Source: Dehalococcoidia bacterium (GTDB taxonomy: Bacteria > Chloroflexota > Dehalococcoidia > UBA2979). Taken from it: a stretch of DNA of 64,000 nucleotides. Shown one piece after another: positions 19,173 to 30,164 of the stretch. Both the position numbers and the translations under genes were made by a program. The DNA lies in assembly GCA_965262725.1 (NCBI GenBank), contig OZ253555.1:3328001-3392000 (forward strand). Direction: 5' to 3'. The number at the start of each line of letters is the position of its first letter. The stretch's first letter is position 1. Below the pieces are notes generated by a model that saw nothing but the letters and a program-made list of their open reading frames with translations, was not told the DNA's origin and did not search any database.

Positions 19173-19942
19173 CCGCCACCACCTCAGACCTCCGCCCGCT
19201 GCTCAAGCGCCTCAAGCTCGGCCGTATGCTCGACACCCTGCCCGAGCGCATCGCCCTCGCGCGGCGCGACCACCTCGACTACGCGGACTTCCTGCAGATC
19301 CTGCTCGTCGACGAGGTGAGCCGCCGCGACCACGGGCGGTTGGAGCTGCGCCTGCGCCAGGCCGGCTTCGAGCAGCTCTGCCGCCTCGAGGACTTCGACT
19401 GGGCGGCCGCCATCCGGCTCGACCGCCGCCTGCTCGACGCCGCCTTCTCGCTGCACTTCCTCGATCGCCGCGAGCACGTCCTGCTCGTCGGCCCCGTCGG
19501 CGTCGGCAAGAGCTTCTTAGCCCAGGCGCTCGGCTACTCAGCCGTCCGCTCCGGACGCAGCGTCCGCTTCGCCCCGGCCGACCACTACTTCCGCGAGATG
19601 GCGCAGGCCCGCGTCGACCACTCGGCCGAGAAGGTCTTCCGAAGCTTCCTCGCGCCCGACCTGCTCATCCTCGACGACCTCGGGCTCCATCGCCTCAGCG
19701 CGCAGCAGTCCATCGACCTCTACGAGCTGGTCATCGGGCGCCACCGCAGCTCCAGCTTCGTCATCACCTCGAACCGCGCCGTGGAGGAATGGCTGGGGCT
19801 CTTCGACGACCCGATCCTCGGCAACAGCGCCCTCGACCGGCTCGCGAACGCCAGCTACCAGATCGTGATCGAGGGCGATAGCTACCGCCAGCGGCTCTCG
19901 CCGCACCGCGCCCTGCTCGAGGCGCAGACGGGAGGTGATTGA
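19169..19942 (+). CDS. istB: IS21 helper ATPase IstB
   Basis: GPVGVGKS, LILDDLG, ITSN, ALDRL. Confidence 0.93.
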   Translation: MTATTSDLRPLLKRLKLGRMLDTLPERIALARRDHLDYADFLQILLVDEVSRRDHGRLELRLRQAGFEQLCRLEDFDWAAAIRLDRRLLDAAFSLHFLDRREHVLLVGPVGVGKSFLAQALGYSAVRSGRSVRFAPADHYFREMAQARVDHSAEKVFRSFLAPDLLILDDLGLHRLSAQQSIDLYELVIGRHRSSSFVITSNRAVEEWLGLFDDPILGNSALDRLANASYQIVIEGDSYRQRLSPHRALLEAQTGGD

Positions 19943-20264
19943 CGCGCTAGACGCTCACTGATATCAAGCCGCCTACCGGCGTCCCGGGTGGTCTAATGAC
20001 CGTGGCGACGCGTGGATCAATGACCCTGGCGATCGACAAATACACACCACCGTACTCCGCAGCTTGTCGTGCCATCGACCGGTGCCCCGTGCAATGGCCT
20101 GAGCCGCAGCCGTCGAGCAGCGGCTCGAACGAGCTGGACCAGGCTCGCAGCGAGACGGCGCCCGGGCAGCAGGAACAGGCCGCTTCGCCCCGCGGGGCCG
20201 GCCGCGGCAAGCAGCGCAGCAAGCACCCCAGCCGGCCCGCCGCAGGCGCTCCGGCGGACGACCG

Positions 20265-20450
20265 GTGAACCCCGAGCGGGACCTGCTGCGCCTGCTCGCC
20301 GCGATGCCCTTCCTCGACCGCCTGGAGATGGCCGCCGTCTCCGGCTGGTCGAGGGGCGCGATCTACGGCGGCGTGCGCGCGCTGGAGGGGGCGGGCCTGG
20401 GCTCCCACAGGTCCCCATCGCCGCCTGCTGGACCTGGAGGGACCGCTGGG
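20265..20450 (+). pseudogene. truncated winged-helix protein, possibly a replication-relaxation (ICE) remnant
   Basis: LLAAMPFLDRLEMAAVSGWSRGAIY...LEGAGL resembles a wHTH N-terminus, then the frame degrades; family recalled, not searched. Confidence 0.35.
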
Positions 20451-23400
20451 CAGGGCATGGCTCGCCCCGCGCCGGTCGGCCCCGCTGCCAGTGCGCCTGC
20501 CGGCCAGCCACTGACATCGCGCGGGCGCGCCCCGGTCGATTCGGAACGTCGATCCCGCCTTCGGGGGAATCGTGCCCCGTCGGCTGCCGCGGGGAGGGGA
20601 GGGCGAGCGGCGGGCTGATCAGGACCGCGTCCCGGTAGGTGCAGAGTCCCATTGCCCGGCGGAGACCGGCCTCAGCGACCGCCGGGCTGTCCCTCGCTCC
20701 TGGCAACCAGTGGCGTCATGAATGGCAGGCCGTCGGCGAACACGTCGCCGAAGGGCTGGTTCACGAAGGCCGGCGCGCCGAGGATGTAGGAGAGGTAGAC
20801 GCCCTCATGCAGCGCGTACAGGGCGGTGATCTCCATGCTGCGCGCGCAGGCCTCCAGCTCATCGACGCTGCCCCCCTCGTAGACGACGAGGCTCAACCCC
20901 TCGGAGACGGCGCCCCGCACGCACTCCGGCCACGGCTGCTGCCCATCGCCCTCAAGGTCATCCCCGAACGGGTCCGCCGAGGGCGGCCCGTTGCTCCGGA
21001 CCACCAGCGCCGTGACCGGCGGTACGCCACCCCCGAAGGTCTCGACGAAGCCCCGGTTCACGAACCCCGGCGCCCCGAGGATGTAGGAGAGGTAGACGCC
21101 CTCATGCAGCGCATAGAGGGCCACGATGCCCCGGCTCTCCGCGCAGCTGACCAGCTCCTCGACGCTGCCTCCCGCGAAGACGACGAGGCTCAACCCCTCG
21201 GAGACCGCGCCCCGCAGGCAGTGCGGCCAGGGATCGCGGGCCGGATCCCATCCTGTGTCGGGGAACCGCACGCGGTAGACCTTCATACGGCTGCCGTCCT
21301 GCGAGGTGACGGTGACCGTGATCTCGCCGAGGTCCTGGAGGGCTACCTGGTGGCCGTTCGCGTCGTCGCCGTCGGCATCGGGCGGGTCGATGGCGACATC
21401 CGTGCGGCGCTGCATCGCCTCGGCCTCAACGGCCGTCTCCACCACACCCTCGCCAACAGTGCCCTCGTACTCCGTCCGGCCGGGGTCGAACTCCCCGATG
21501 TCCACGCCGCTGAGCGTGAGCGAGGCAAGCCGGGCGTCGATGGCGTCGGGCATGTTGTAGCTGTAGACGCGGTCATCGCTCTCGTCGGCGACGTACATCA
21601 CGTCGCCGTCGGACCAGAGGCCGCGGGGGCTGTTGTTGCTGGCACGGCTCAGCACCGTGTTGGGGAACTCCTCGTCGCGGACGCGCTCGAGGTCCTGCGG
21701 TTCCGCGTCTTCTGCCGCGGGCCCCTCGGGCGCGGGCAGACGGTAGGCGAAGAGCCGCTTCCCCCCGTGGTCGGAGACCCACACGGTCGTGCCGTCGGAC
21801 CAGATGCCGTGGGGGTCGCCGTTGGCGTCGTCGAGCTCGTACTCGGCGAGCAGGTCGCCGCTGGCGATGTCGTAGGCGAAGAGGGCGTCGTTGCGGTCGT
21901 CCAGCACCCACATCGTCTCGCCGTCGGACCAGATGCCGCGCGCATCGCGGTTGCGTTCGGCGAGTGCGATGTCGCGCTCGGGGAGGCGCTCGCCGCTCTC
22001 GAGGTTGTGGGCGAACAGCTTCTCTTGGCCACTGTCGAAGACCCAGATGACCGTGCGGTCCGACCAGACGCCGCGTGGTGCGCGGTTGCGCTCATCGAGC
22101 ACGAACTCGCGGTCCTCCACGCGTTCGCCGGTGGCGAGGTCGTAGGCGTAGACGGCGTCGTCGGCGCCGTCGGCGTTCTCGGCGATCCAGAGGGTCTCGC
22201 CGTCGGACCAGAGACCCGTGGGGGAGCCGTTGGCCGAGTCGAGGGCGTCGATGTCGCGCTTCACGTTCCACTCGAAGTCGACCTCGCTCGGGGTGGGGCC
22301 GCTGGGACCGCTGGGACCGCCGCCGGTACCGCGATTGGTGGTCAGAGTCAGTCGCTCTACGACCTGAATCGTGATGGTGGCCCGGGCGAAGTCGCCGTCC
22401 GGATCTTGTACTCTGACCACCAGCGAATAAATCTCCTGAACGGTGTCATCCATGACGGCGCCGGGCGCCACGCTGATTTGTGCCGTCTCTCGTTTGATGA
22501 CAAAGTCAGCAGACCCGCTCAGCGTGTATACGAGTTCGCCCTCCTGATGATCGGGGTCGTTTGCATGCAGTTCCTGGCCCACCAGCGTCCCACCGCGGGA
22601 ACCCTGCTGCACCTCAAGTTCGATGGTGGGTTCGGCGAAGCTTGGCGGGTCGTTGATCTCGCGCACTTCAACGGTCACCCACTCTATCGATTCCATCTTT
22701 CCATCTGACACCCGGTACTGGAAGGTCATCCTGCCCGAGGCGTGAGGATTCGGCGTCACACGCAGCTTGTTGTCGCTCAGCACCTGCACCGTGCCATTTT
22801 CCGGATATCGGTGGATCGAGACCCGCAGAGGATCCCCTTCGGGATCGGAATCGTTCGCCAGCACATCGATTTCGACCGGAACGTCCTCGTCCGTCGTAGC
22901 CTCGTCGGGTTCCGTCGCCGGTTGCTCGTCCACATCTGTTATGCGGACCGTGACAGTAATCGTATCCTTCAGGATCGCCGGGTCGGTGGCCTCAACCATG
23001 AGCAGGTACTCGTTTGTCGTCTCATGGTCCAGATTCGCGGCTCTTCCTACCAGGATCTGCCCCGTTTCCGAATCAATCTCGAATCGGTCATTGAACGTTG
23101 ACACGAGGCTGTAGACCAGGTCATCGCGATTCGGGTCCGTTGCCTCCACCTCGGCGCCGACCACAGTCTCATGACTGGAGTTCTCGGCCACGAACCGGAG
23201 CGTGAGCCCATCGTCTGTGAATCGCGGCGGGTCGTTATCCTGAGCCGTACGTTTCACGACTCGTCGAGAGACAGACTCTTTGACCTTGCCAGCGCCGTGC
23301 GTATCCTCATAGGTTGTGGTAGCACGCAGATAGTGGTTGATATCTGCAACCCCTGGTGTATATGTACTGCTCGTTGCGCCGTCAATCACATTCCAGTCGT

Positions 23401-26400
23401 CCCGGTTCTAGGAACGGTGCCAACTCCAACTCCGGCTGATGATCCGATCAGGGTCGTCGTGCGTCGCCGTGTAGGGAATCGAGATCAGCGGCTGAGGTGA
23501 CGACAGCGTCAAGTCCGCTTCTTCATTGATGTCCGCAACAGTGATTCTGATGAACTTGATCGCGGGCGGATTGCCCGAGCCCGCCCACACCTGGAATTTC
23601 GTTTCGTATATATTGTCACCATTGGTGTCGCCCCTGATCTCCTGTTCAAAGCTGGGAGCGCCAATCTGCCAATACAGCCACCACTCCTGCCACCACTCCC
23701 GCCCAATCCTCCTCCAGGTGGACGACCTCTTCAAGGTGAACGAGTTTCCATCCACACCCCCAGTCACCGAAAATCGCGGATTCCGTTCCCCTTGCGGATC
23801 GACGGCATAGTACTTCGTGACTAGTATCGGACCGTCCTCATCGACAGTCAGTTCGGATGGTCCGTGAATGATTGGCAGTTCCTCAACATTTCTCACAGTC
23901 ACGCGTACTGCCAACGATGCCGACAGACTGCGACCGTATGAGCCGTCATCGGAAGCGATCACGTTGACATCATATATATTGTCTCGGCCTGAGTCGGTGG
24001 ACACCTCAAAGTTTCGCTCTGAGGCGAAACTCAGCCACCCGTGTTCGTCTATCTCGAACGCGCTCTTGTCGTAACTCGAGAGCGACCACGTCATCGGACT
24101 CTGCTCGATGTCGACTGCCTCATACTGACCGATCAGCAGGCTTCCGTGTTCATCGACCACGTATGATTCGCGGCCTGTTACCAGGTGTGGGTCGTTCGCA
24201 TCAACCACTGAGACTGCCACCTCAATCTGCGCGTCGAGCGTAGTGTCGAGTTCGTCGCTGTGGTTCTTGTTGTCGCGCACATACACCGTCAGCGAATAAC
24301 TGCCCTGTACTTCATGGTCGAGCGGTGCAGTAGTCTGGATCTGACCAGTGGTAGGATTAATCTCGAACTGGGAACTGTTTGTCTCCGCCAGCGAAAACTC
24401 CAAGACATCACCATCTGGGTCGACAGCGACGATTGGTTCGCCGACGGCAGTTCCACTCAGGGCGTTCTCCACTACTTCACGCAGGCCGGTTTCCGTGGGT
24501 GCGAATGCTGCATCAACATTCAGCAGTCTGGGCTCAGCGGCGACTACCGCAGACCACGGGCCTTCTCCAACTGACGTGTGCGCCTGCAATTGCACGTCGT
24601 AGGACGTACCGTTGAGCAGAGATGGAATGTTGTAGCGAAGCTCTCTGCCGCCGGTATTCCAGGCCGCAGCAACCGGGGTCCAGTTGTCGTCGGCCTTGTC
24701 CATCGCATCAGTGCGGATGTAGCGCAGACCGTAGCGGGAGACATCGGCGCCGCCGTCCTCAGCCGGCGGCTGCCAGAACACGCCGAGCCCGAGGTGTCGC
24801 GGACGTAGTTCGACGTTCGTCGGCGCCCAAGGCAGTTCCAGGATGGGATGGGCCTCGTACGTCAACGACCAGGGACCGGCGCCGCTGCTGGTAACCGCCC
24901 GGACCTGCACGTCGTAGCCCGCGCCGGGACCGAGGTTGGTCATCTGATATGTGTCGGAGTCCGAGGCTCCGACTCCGGTGACCGGGGTCCAGTTATCGTC
25001 CGACTTGTCCGCGGCTCGGCTGCGGATGTAGCGCAGGTCGTAACTCGTGACCGCACCGCTGCCGGTCTCCTCCGGCGCCGCCCAACCGATCGTCAGCGTC
25101 CTCATGCCCGCGACGGCGGACGTCACGCTCGGGCGTCCCGGCAGATCGCCATGACCGTAGATTTTGAGCCGCCAGGCGACCAGGTCACCGGAACGCTCGT
25201 GGTAACGGTCAGCCAGGCGCAACGTCCACTCACCCGCCGGGTTCTCCCCCAGGTGGCGAGCCGAGCCGAAGCGCACGCTCGAGCGCAGCGCGTGAGGGTA
25301 GAACCGGGTGTTGATCCGGGTCGAGTGCGCCGCCGGAAGGATGGTCGATACCGCGCCGGAGGGGGAGATCAGTTCGATCCGCATATCCCGAAACGAGGGA
25401 TGATCAAACTCGATATGGAGCTCGACAAACTCGACAAACTCGACGTATGGATCAATCGTTACCTTGCTCGTCACCGTCGGACCAAAACAACAACCCGACG
25501 GAGCGTCGGGGACGACCTGCCGTGCGTCCTGGGACGATGCTTCGAAGGTCTTCATCGGCGGCAGCTTGGTCCATGTGGTCGCCAGCGCCACTGCGGCGCC
25601 GGCATCGACGACGCCGAAACCGTAGTCATGGCTGAAGCGGTAGTTCCCTGTGGCGCCATACTTGGCCGGGCCGGATTTCCAGCTGTTGCTCGATTGATGG
25701 TTCCAGCGCGCCGACGCTGCGAGGATCAACTTGACATCCCTCCAGGTCAGATCCTCATTGGTGGCCCGAATCAGCGCCGCCACGCCGGAGACGATCGCAG
25801 TGGCGTGACCCGAACCTCCTTGCCCGAACACATAACGATTCCCATAGTCGGTTGTGACGATATGTTGCGCCGGCGCGCATAGCCACAGCGTGGCGCCACG
25901 GTTGCCGAAATTCAATCGCTTGTCGTTGTAACCGACTCCGCAGACGGCTGTCGCTGCATAGGAATTGCTTCGCTCGTTCAAGTTCGCGTCGTCGGCATAG
26001 CCGAGATGCGAGCCGCCATTGAACACGTAGAAGATGCCCTTCTCGCCGAAGCCCTCGGTGACACCGCGTTCGAGCGCAGCCTCCCAATCGGCGCTCGCTC
26101 GCCGAATGTTGTCGGTTTCGTGTCCGCCCCAGCTATTGTTCGAGACAGCCACGACATCGAGGTTGCGGAGCATGGCTGCTACGAGCTCCGACTCGGAATT
26201 GTCGGAATCGCGATCATGGATGCCACCGGTTAACAGGATGTTTGCTTCAGGCGCAACCCCGCGAATGCCGATATCGTTCTGCTCGGCAGCGATCACTCCT
26301 GCATAACCGGTCGCTACTGATCCAAAATGGAGCACTCTATTATCTTTCAAGGAATCGAGCTTGTAGCTCCGCACGAGATCAACGTTGTCATCCAGGTCAC

Positions 26401-26509
26401 GGTGAGCGGCATGGAAGTTGTGGTCGGCCACCGCAATATTGATGCCTGCGCCTCTCGTCGTCTCCCAGACGCTTGCAACATTAATGTCGTATCCGGGACC
26501 GGCGCCGTA

Positions 26510-27927
26510 AGTAGCGTCCCAGCAAGTGGTGTCACAGGCGGGGAGACGGTCTCCGCAGGGGGACCTACTACCGACCACGGTGCCCATGCAGGTGGACGTA
26601 AGAGACCACCGCATCATCCTTCACGAAGTTATGACGAACGTGGAGGAGGACGACGGTGGTCAGAGAGAGCGTGGACGTGTTGGAACTGCTCCGCAAGCAG
26701 GCATCGGGAGCTGACCTCGATTTCCTGCGCGAAGCGGTGGCTGTGCTCGCCGAGGCGGTCATGGACCAGGAGGTCTCGGCGCAGGTCGGCGCCGGCTACG
26801 GCGAGCGCAGCGAGATGCGCACCACCCGGCGCAACGGCTACAGGCAAAGACGCTGGGACACGCGGGTGGGCAGCATCGACCTGCAGATCCCGAAGCTCCG
26901 CCAGGGGTCCTACTTCCCGGCGCTGCTCGAGCCCCGGCGCCGCTCAGAGCGCGCCTTGCTAGCCGTCGTCCAGCAAGCGTACGTGGAGGGCGTCTCCACT
27001 CGCCGCGTCGACGACCTCGTGCGCTCGCTCGGCTGCGAGGGCATCTCCAAGAGCCAGGTCTCGCGTATCTGCTCGGAGCTCGACACGGTCGTCACAAGTT
27101 TCCTCGGCCGGCCCCTGGACTCCGGCCCCTACCGATACCTCTGGCTCGACGCGCTCACCCAGCGGGTGCGCGAGGAGGGCCGCATCGCCCAGGTGAGCGT
27201 CGTCGTCGCCACCGCGGTCAACGTGGAGGGGAAGCGCGAGGTGCTGGGCATCGACGTCGGTACCAGCGAGGACGGGGCCTTCTGGCTGGCATTTCTCCGC
27301 GGCCTCGTAGCACGAGGGCTCTCCGGCGTGGAGCTGGTGACCTCCGACGCCCACCAGGGCCTGAGGGGAGCGATCGCGACCGTCTTCGGCGGCGCCTCCT
27401 GGCAGCGCTGCCGTACCCACTTCATGCGGAACCTGCTCACACGCGTGCCGAAGAGCGCCGAGGCGCTGGTGGCGACGACCGTGCGCACCATCTACCAGCA
27501 GCCCTCGGCCTCCGAGGTGCACGCCCAGCACACGCGGGTCGTGGAGCAGCTCGGTGCGCGCTTCCCGCAGGCCGCGGCAATGCTCGCCGACGCCGCGGAG
27601 GAGATCCTGGCGTTCACGGCCTTCCCGGTGGCGCACTGGCGGCAGATCTGGTCGAACAACCCCCAGGAGCGGCTCAACAAGGAGATCCGCCGGCGCACCA
27701 ACGTGGTCGGCATCTTCCCCAACCGCTCAGCGGTCATCCGGCTCATCGGTGCGGTGCTCTCCGAGCAGCACGACGAGTGGGCCGTGGGGCGGCGCTACAT
27801 GACGATGATGACGCTGCTCTCCCCGCCGGGGAGTGAGCTCACGTCAGGCAAGGAGGTGCTGCTGCAGGCTGCCGGCTAACAAATGATAAGGATGATGCGC
27901 AGTGACACCACTTGCCGGGACGTGACC
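26510..27927 (+). mobile_element. IS256 family element
   Basis: 26-bp imperfect IR (..CGTCCC[A/G]GCAAGTGGTGTCAC), 8-bp TSD GCGCCGTA at 26502-26509 and 27928-27935. Confidence 0.93.
26656..27879 (+). CDS. IS256 transposase
   Basis: RNGYR, GVSTRRV, WLDA, SDAH, WQRC, ERLNKEIRRR. Confidence 0.95.
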   Translation: MVRESVDVLELLRKQASGADLDFLREAVAVLAEAVMDQEVSAQVGAGYGERSEMRTTRRNGYRQRRWDTRVGSIDLQIPKLRQGSYFPALLEPRRRSERALLAVVQQAYVEGVSTRRVDDLVRSLGCEGISKSQVSRICSELDTVVTSFLGRPLDSGPYRYLWLDALTQRVREEGRIAQVSVVVATAVNVEGKREVLGIDVGTSEDGAFWLAFLRGLVARGLSGVELVTSDAHQGLRGAIATVFGGASWQRCRTHFMRNLLTRVPKSAEALVATTVRTIYQQPSASEVHAQHTRVVEQLGARFPQAAAMLADAAEEILAFTAFPVAHWRQIWSNNPQERLNKEIRRRTNVVGIFPNRSAVIRLIGAVLSEQHDEWAVGRRYMTMMTLLSPPGSELTSGKEVLLQAAG

Positions 27928-29852
27928 GCGCCGTACTGTCCAGTGTTCTTCAAGTGCCATTGGCATCCGCTCAGAGGATCAACATTCTCTTCACCTGACA
28001 GGGAATTATGCGCCTGGGCCAGTGTCAAGCACTTCGTCACCCCGGCTGCATAGATGTCGTCCGGACCCGATTCGATGATATATGCGGCGCCCGTGCTGCC
28101 TGACGGCGCTGAGACTCGGATGATATACGTGCCAGCATCGAGCCAGTCTCGAACAAAGCCGGCCATATTGGGAAAGGCCAACAGGTGGTGATCTCTATTG
28201 GCGGTGAACAGGTCGAGTTGCGTATCACCTTCGAATACCTTGATCTCCAGCGGCTTGTCCTCTTCGAAGGCAGTGGCCAGGATAACGACATGGCGCCTGG
28301 AATCTAGCGTCAGTTGGAAAAAGTCCTGATCCGTCGCCGATGAGATGCGGCCGGTCTTGATCGTACGCAAGGGCAGCGCCGTCGCCGTCGCGGCTGTGCT
28401 GCCTGGCTCGGTGACCGTGCGCAGATGGACGCGGAACGTGACTTGGCCACTCGTGTCTGGATGAGCCACGCGAATGAAATAGGTGCCCGCGTCCAGTGAC
28501 CGTCTGAACATGAAGTCCGCGTGCATGGTTATAAAGAGGTAGGAGTTGTCGTTCTCGTCGAGTAGGACATCTTCGGGCGTCAGCAGCTCGGCTCGCAAGT
28601 CGAGCCACACATGACTTGAATCGGAGGAGTGGATCCACACTTCCGTTGGGTCGTCCAGGGTGAAGGTGAACAGGATCGGGCTTTGAACTGCGCCGTTCGA
28701 GCGGTGGAACGTGCCTTCAGCATAGGAGTCAAGCTCGATCACGGTGGCGTCGTTGGGGTCGAGGGCGGTACGGCTCTGGCTGGCGACCCGGGTTTCGGCC
28801 TGCAGCAGGTAGGAACCGGTCCCGCCGAGCGCGTGGCTGACGGTCAGGTAATAGGCGCCCGCCTCGACCGTGGCGTCGAGCGAGAACTGCCGGGGGGCGT
28901 TGAGCAGCGAGCCGCTCGAGGACACGAGCACGTCGCCCTCGGATGTGCTCAGCGAGCCCTGGATGTTGGCCGACCCGCTGCCGGTCACGCTGAGCAGCGC
29001 CGCGCGCGGCGTCTCGATCACGAAGACATCCTGATCGCCGGCCCGGTTGATGCGTCCGGGCACGGATGATCCCAGCGCCAGCGGTGTGGCCTCGCCGCGC
29101 GTATCGCCATGGTCGGTGGTCACGGCGATGCGCGTCGCCGACCAGGGACCCGCGCCGGTCGCGTTGACCGCGCGCGCCTGGATGTCATAGCTGACGCCGT
29201 CCGTCAGCCCCGTGAGCACCGTCCCCAGCTGCGCCCCGGCGGCCAGGCCGCGCTGCAGCGTCCAGCGTTCGTCGGACCGCTCGGAGGCCCCGCTCTCGAT
29301 ATAGCGCAGCTCGTACGAGCTGATCGGCGAGCCGCCGTCCGCCGGCGCGCTCCAGCTGATCGTCAGTGTGGTCGCCGCGGCAGACGCATCCGCAACGGTT
29401 GGCGAGCCCAGCGCGGTCTGCGAGCCGACCGTCACGGCCACGGTAGGCTCCGCGCTCACGGTGAGACTGGCTTCGGACCAGGGGCCGCTCCAGCCGGCGT
29501 AGCGGGCCCTGACCCGTACCTTGTACTCCACCCCAGGCACGAGACCGCTGATGCTCACCCTGGTGACCGTGCCCTGCGGGTAGAGATGGCCTTCATCGAC
29601 CTTGTAAGAGCGGAACTCCTCGTCCGACCGGGCCCAGTCCACCCGGTAGTCGGTGGGCGCCGGACTGGGCATGTCCCAGGCAACCGCGAGCTCGCCCGGC
29701 ACATCGTTGGACAGTCCGAAACCGCTGATCGCGCCGCTTGCCTCCTGCGCGTGGGATACGGCGCACGCCGCTACAGTCAGCGCAATGCTGGCGATGAGGG
29801 AAGTGAAGGCGCAGGCGAGGAACAATGCACCGGCTCTGGCCATATCGAGCCG

Positions 29853-29963
29853 CTCCATCCACGCAAGGCGCACCGCTGTCCCGCCTGTTCGACTTCATGG
29901 GCTGCCGTGAAAGGAATTCTAGCGAGAGGTTGTGTAATCAGAGATCAACGGGAGACAGCTAAA
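29853..29963. promoter_or_regulatory. duplicated promoter/leader copy 1 (continues at 33529-33561 after IS1380)
   Basis: near-identical to 50543-50681; TAGAAT on minus at 29916-29921, TATAAT on plus at 33547-33552. Confidence 0.65.
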
Positions 29964-30164
29964 CCCGGATCCACCGGTGACCGGTGTTGAGCGTGCGGAG
30001 GAGCGCGAAGCGGCCGTCGTGTGAGGTGCGGGAGCCGTTTGTGACTCCCGGAGGAGTGCTCGGCGCTGTCCGGGGCGTGTGATCAGCAGGGGAGACCGGC
30101 GCGGAGGCGATTGCGGACAGGCTGGCGCGCGGCGCTGGTCCGCGAGCGGCGAGGGGGAGCGGCG

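Larger units (their letters stand above)
17457..20038 (+). mobile_element. IS21 family element
   Basis: TG...CA ends, repeated terminal IRs (GATCGCCAGGGTCATTGATCCAC), 5-bp TSD AATAC at 17452-17456 and 20039-20043. Confidence 0.92.
20672..29873 (-). pseudogene. giant secreted protein A (~2590 codons reconstructed): signal, FN3, PPC-like repeats, kexin-like S8 plus P domain, FN3, cadherins, WSDG repeats, tandem C-terminal domain
   Basis: removing the IS256 and one TSD copy rejoins KNTGQYGA|GPGYDINV in frame; in-frame TAG at 23408-23410. Confidence 0.85.

Noticed and set aside
20054-20068. 15-bp match CTCCGCAGCTTGTCG to ~51058
   Set aside because: Match of this length is expected by chance in a 64-kb GC-rich window
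23408-23410. pyrrolysine or programmed readthrough
   Set aside because: No pyl machinery in the window, TAG ends many other genes here, and the gene is already IS-disrupted
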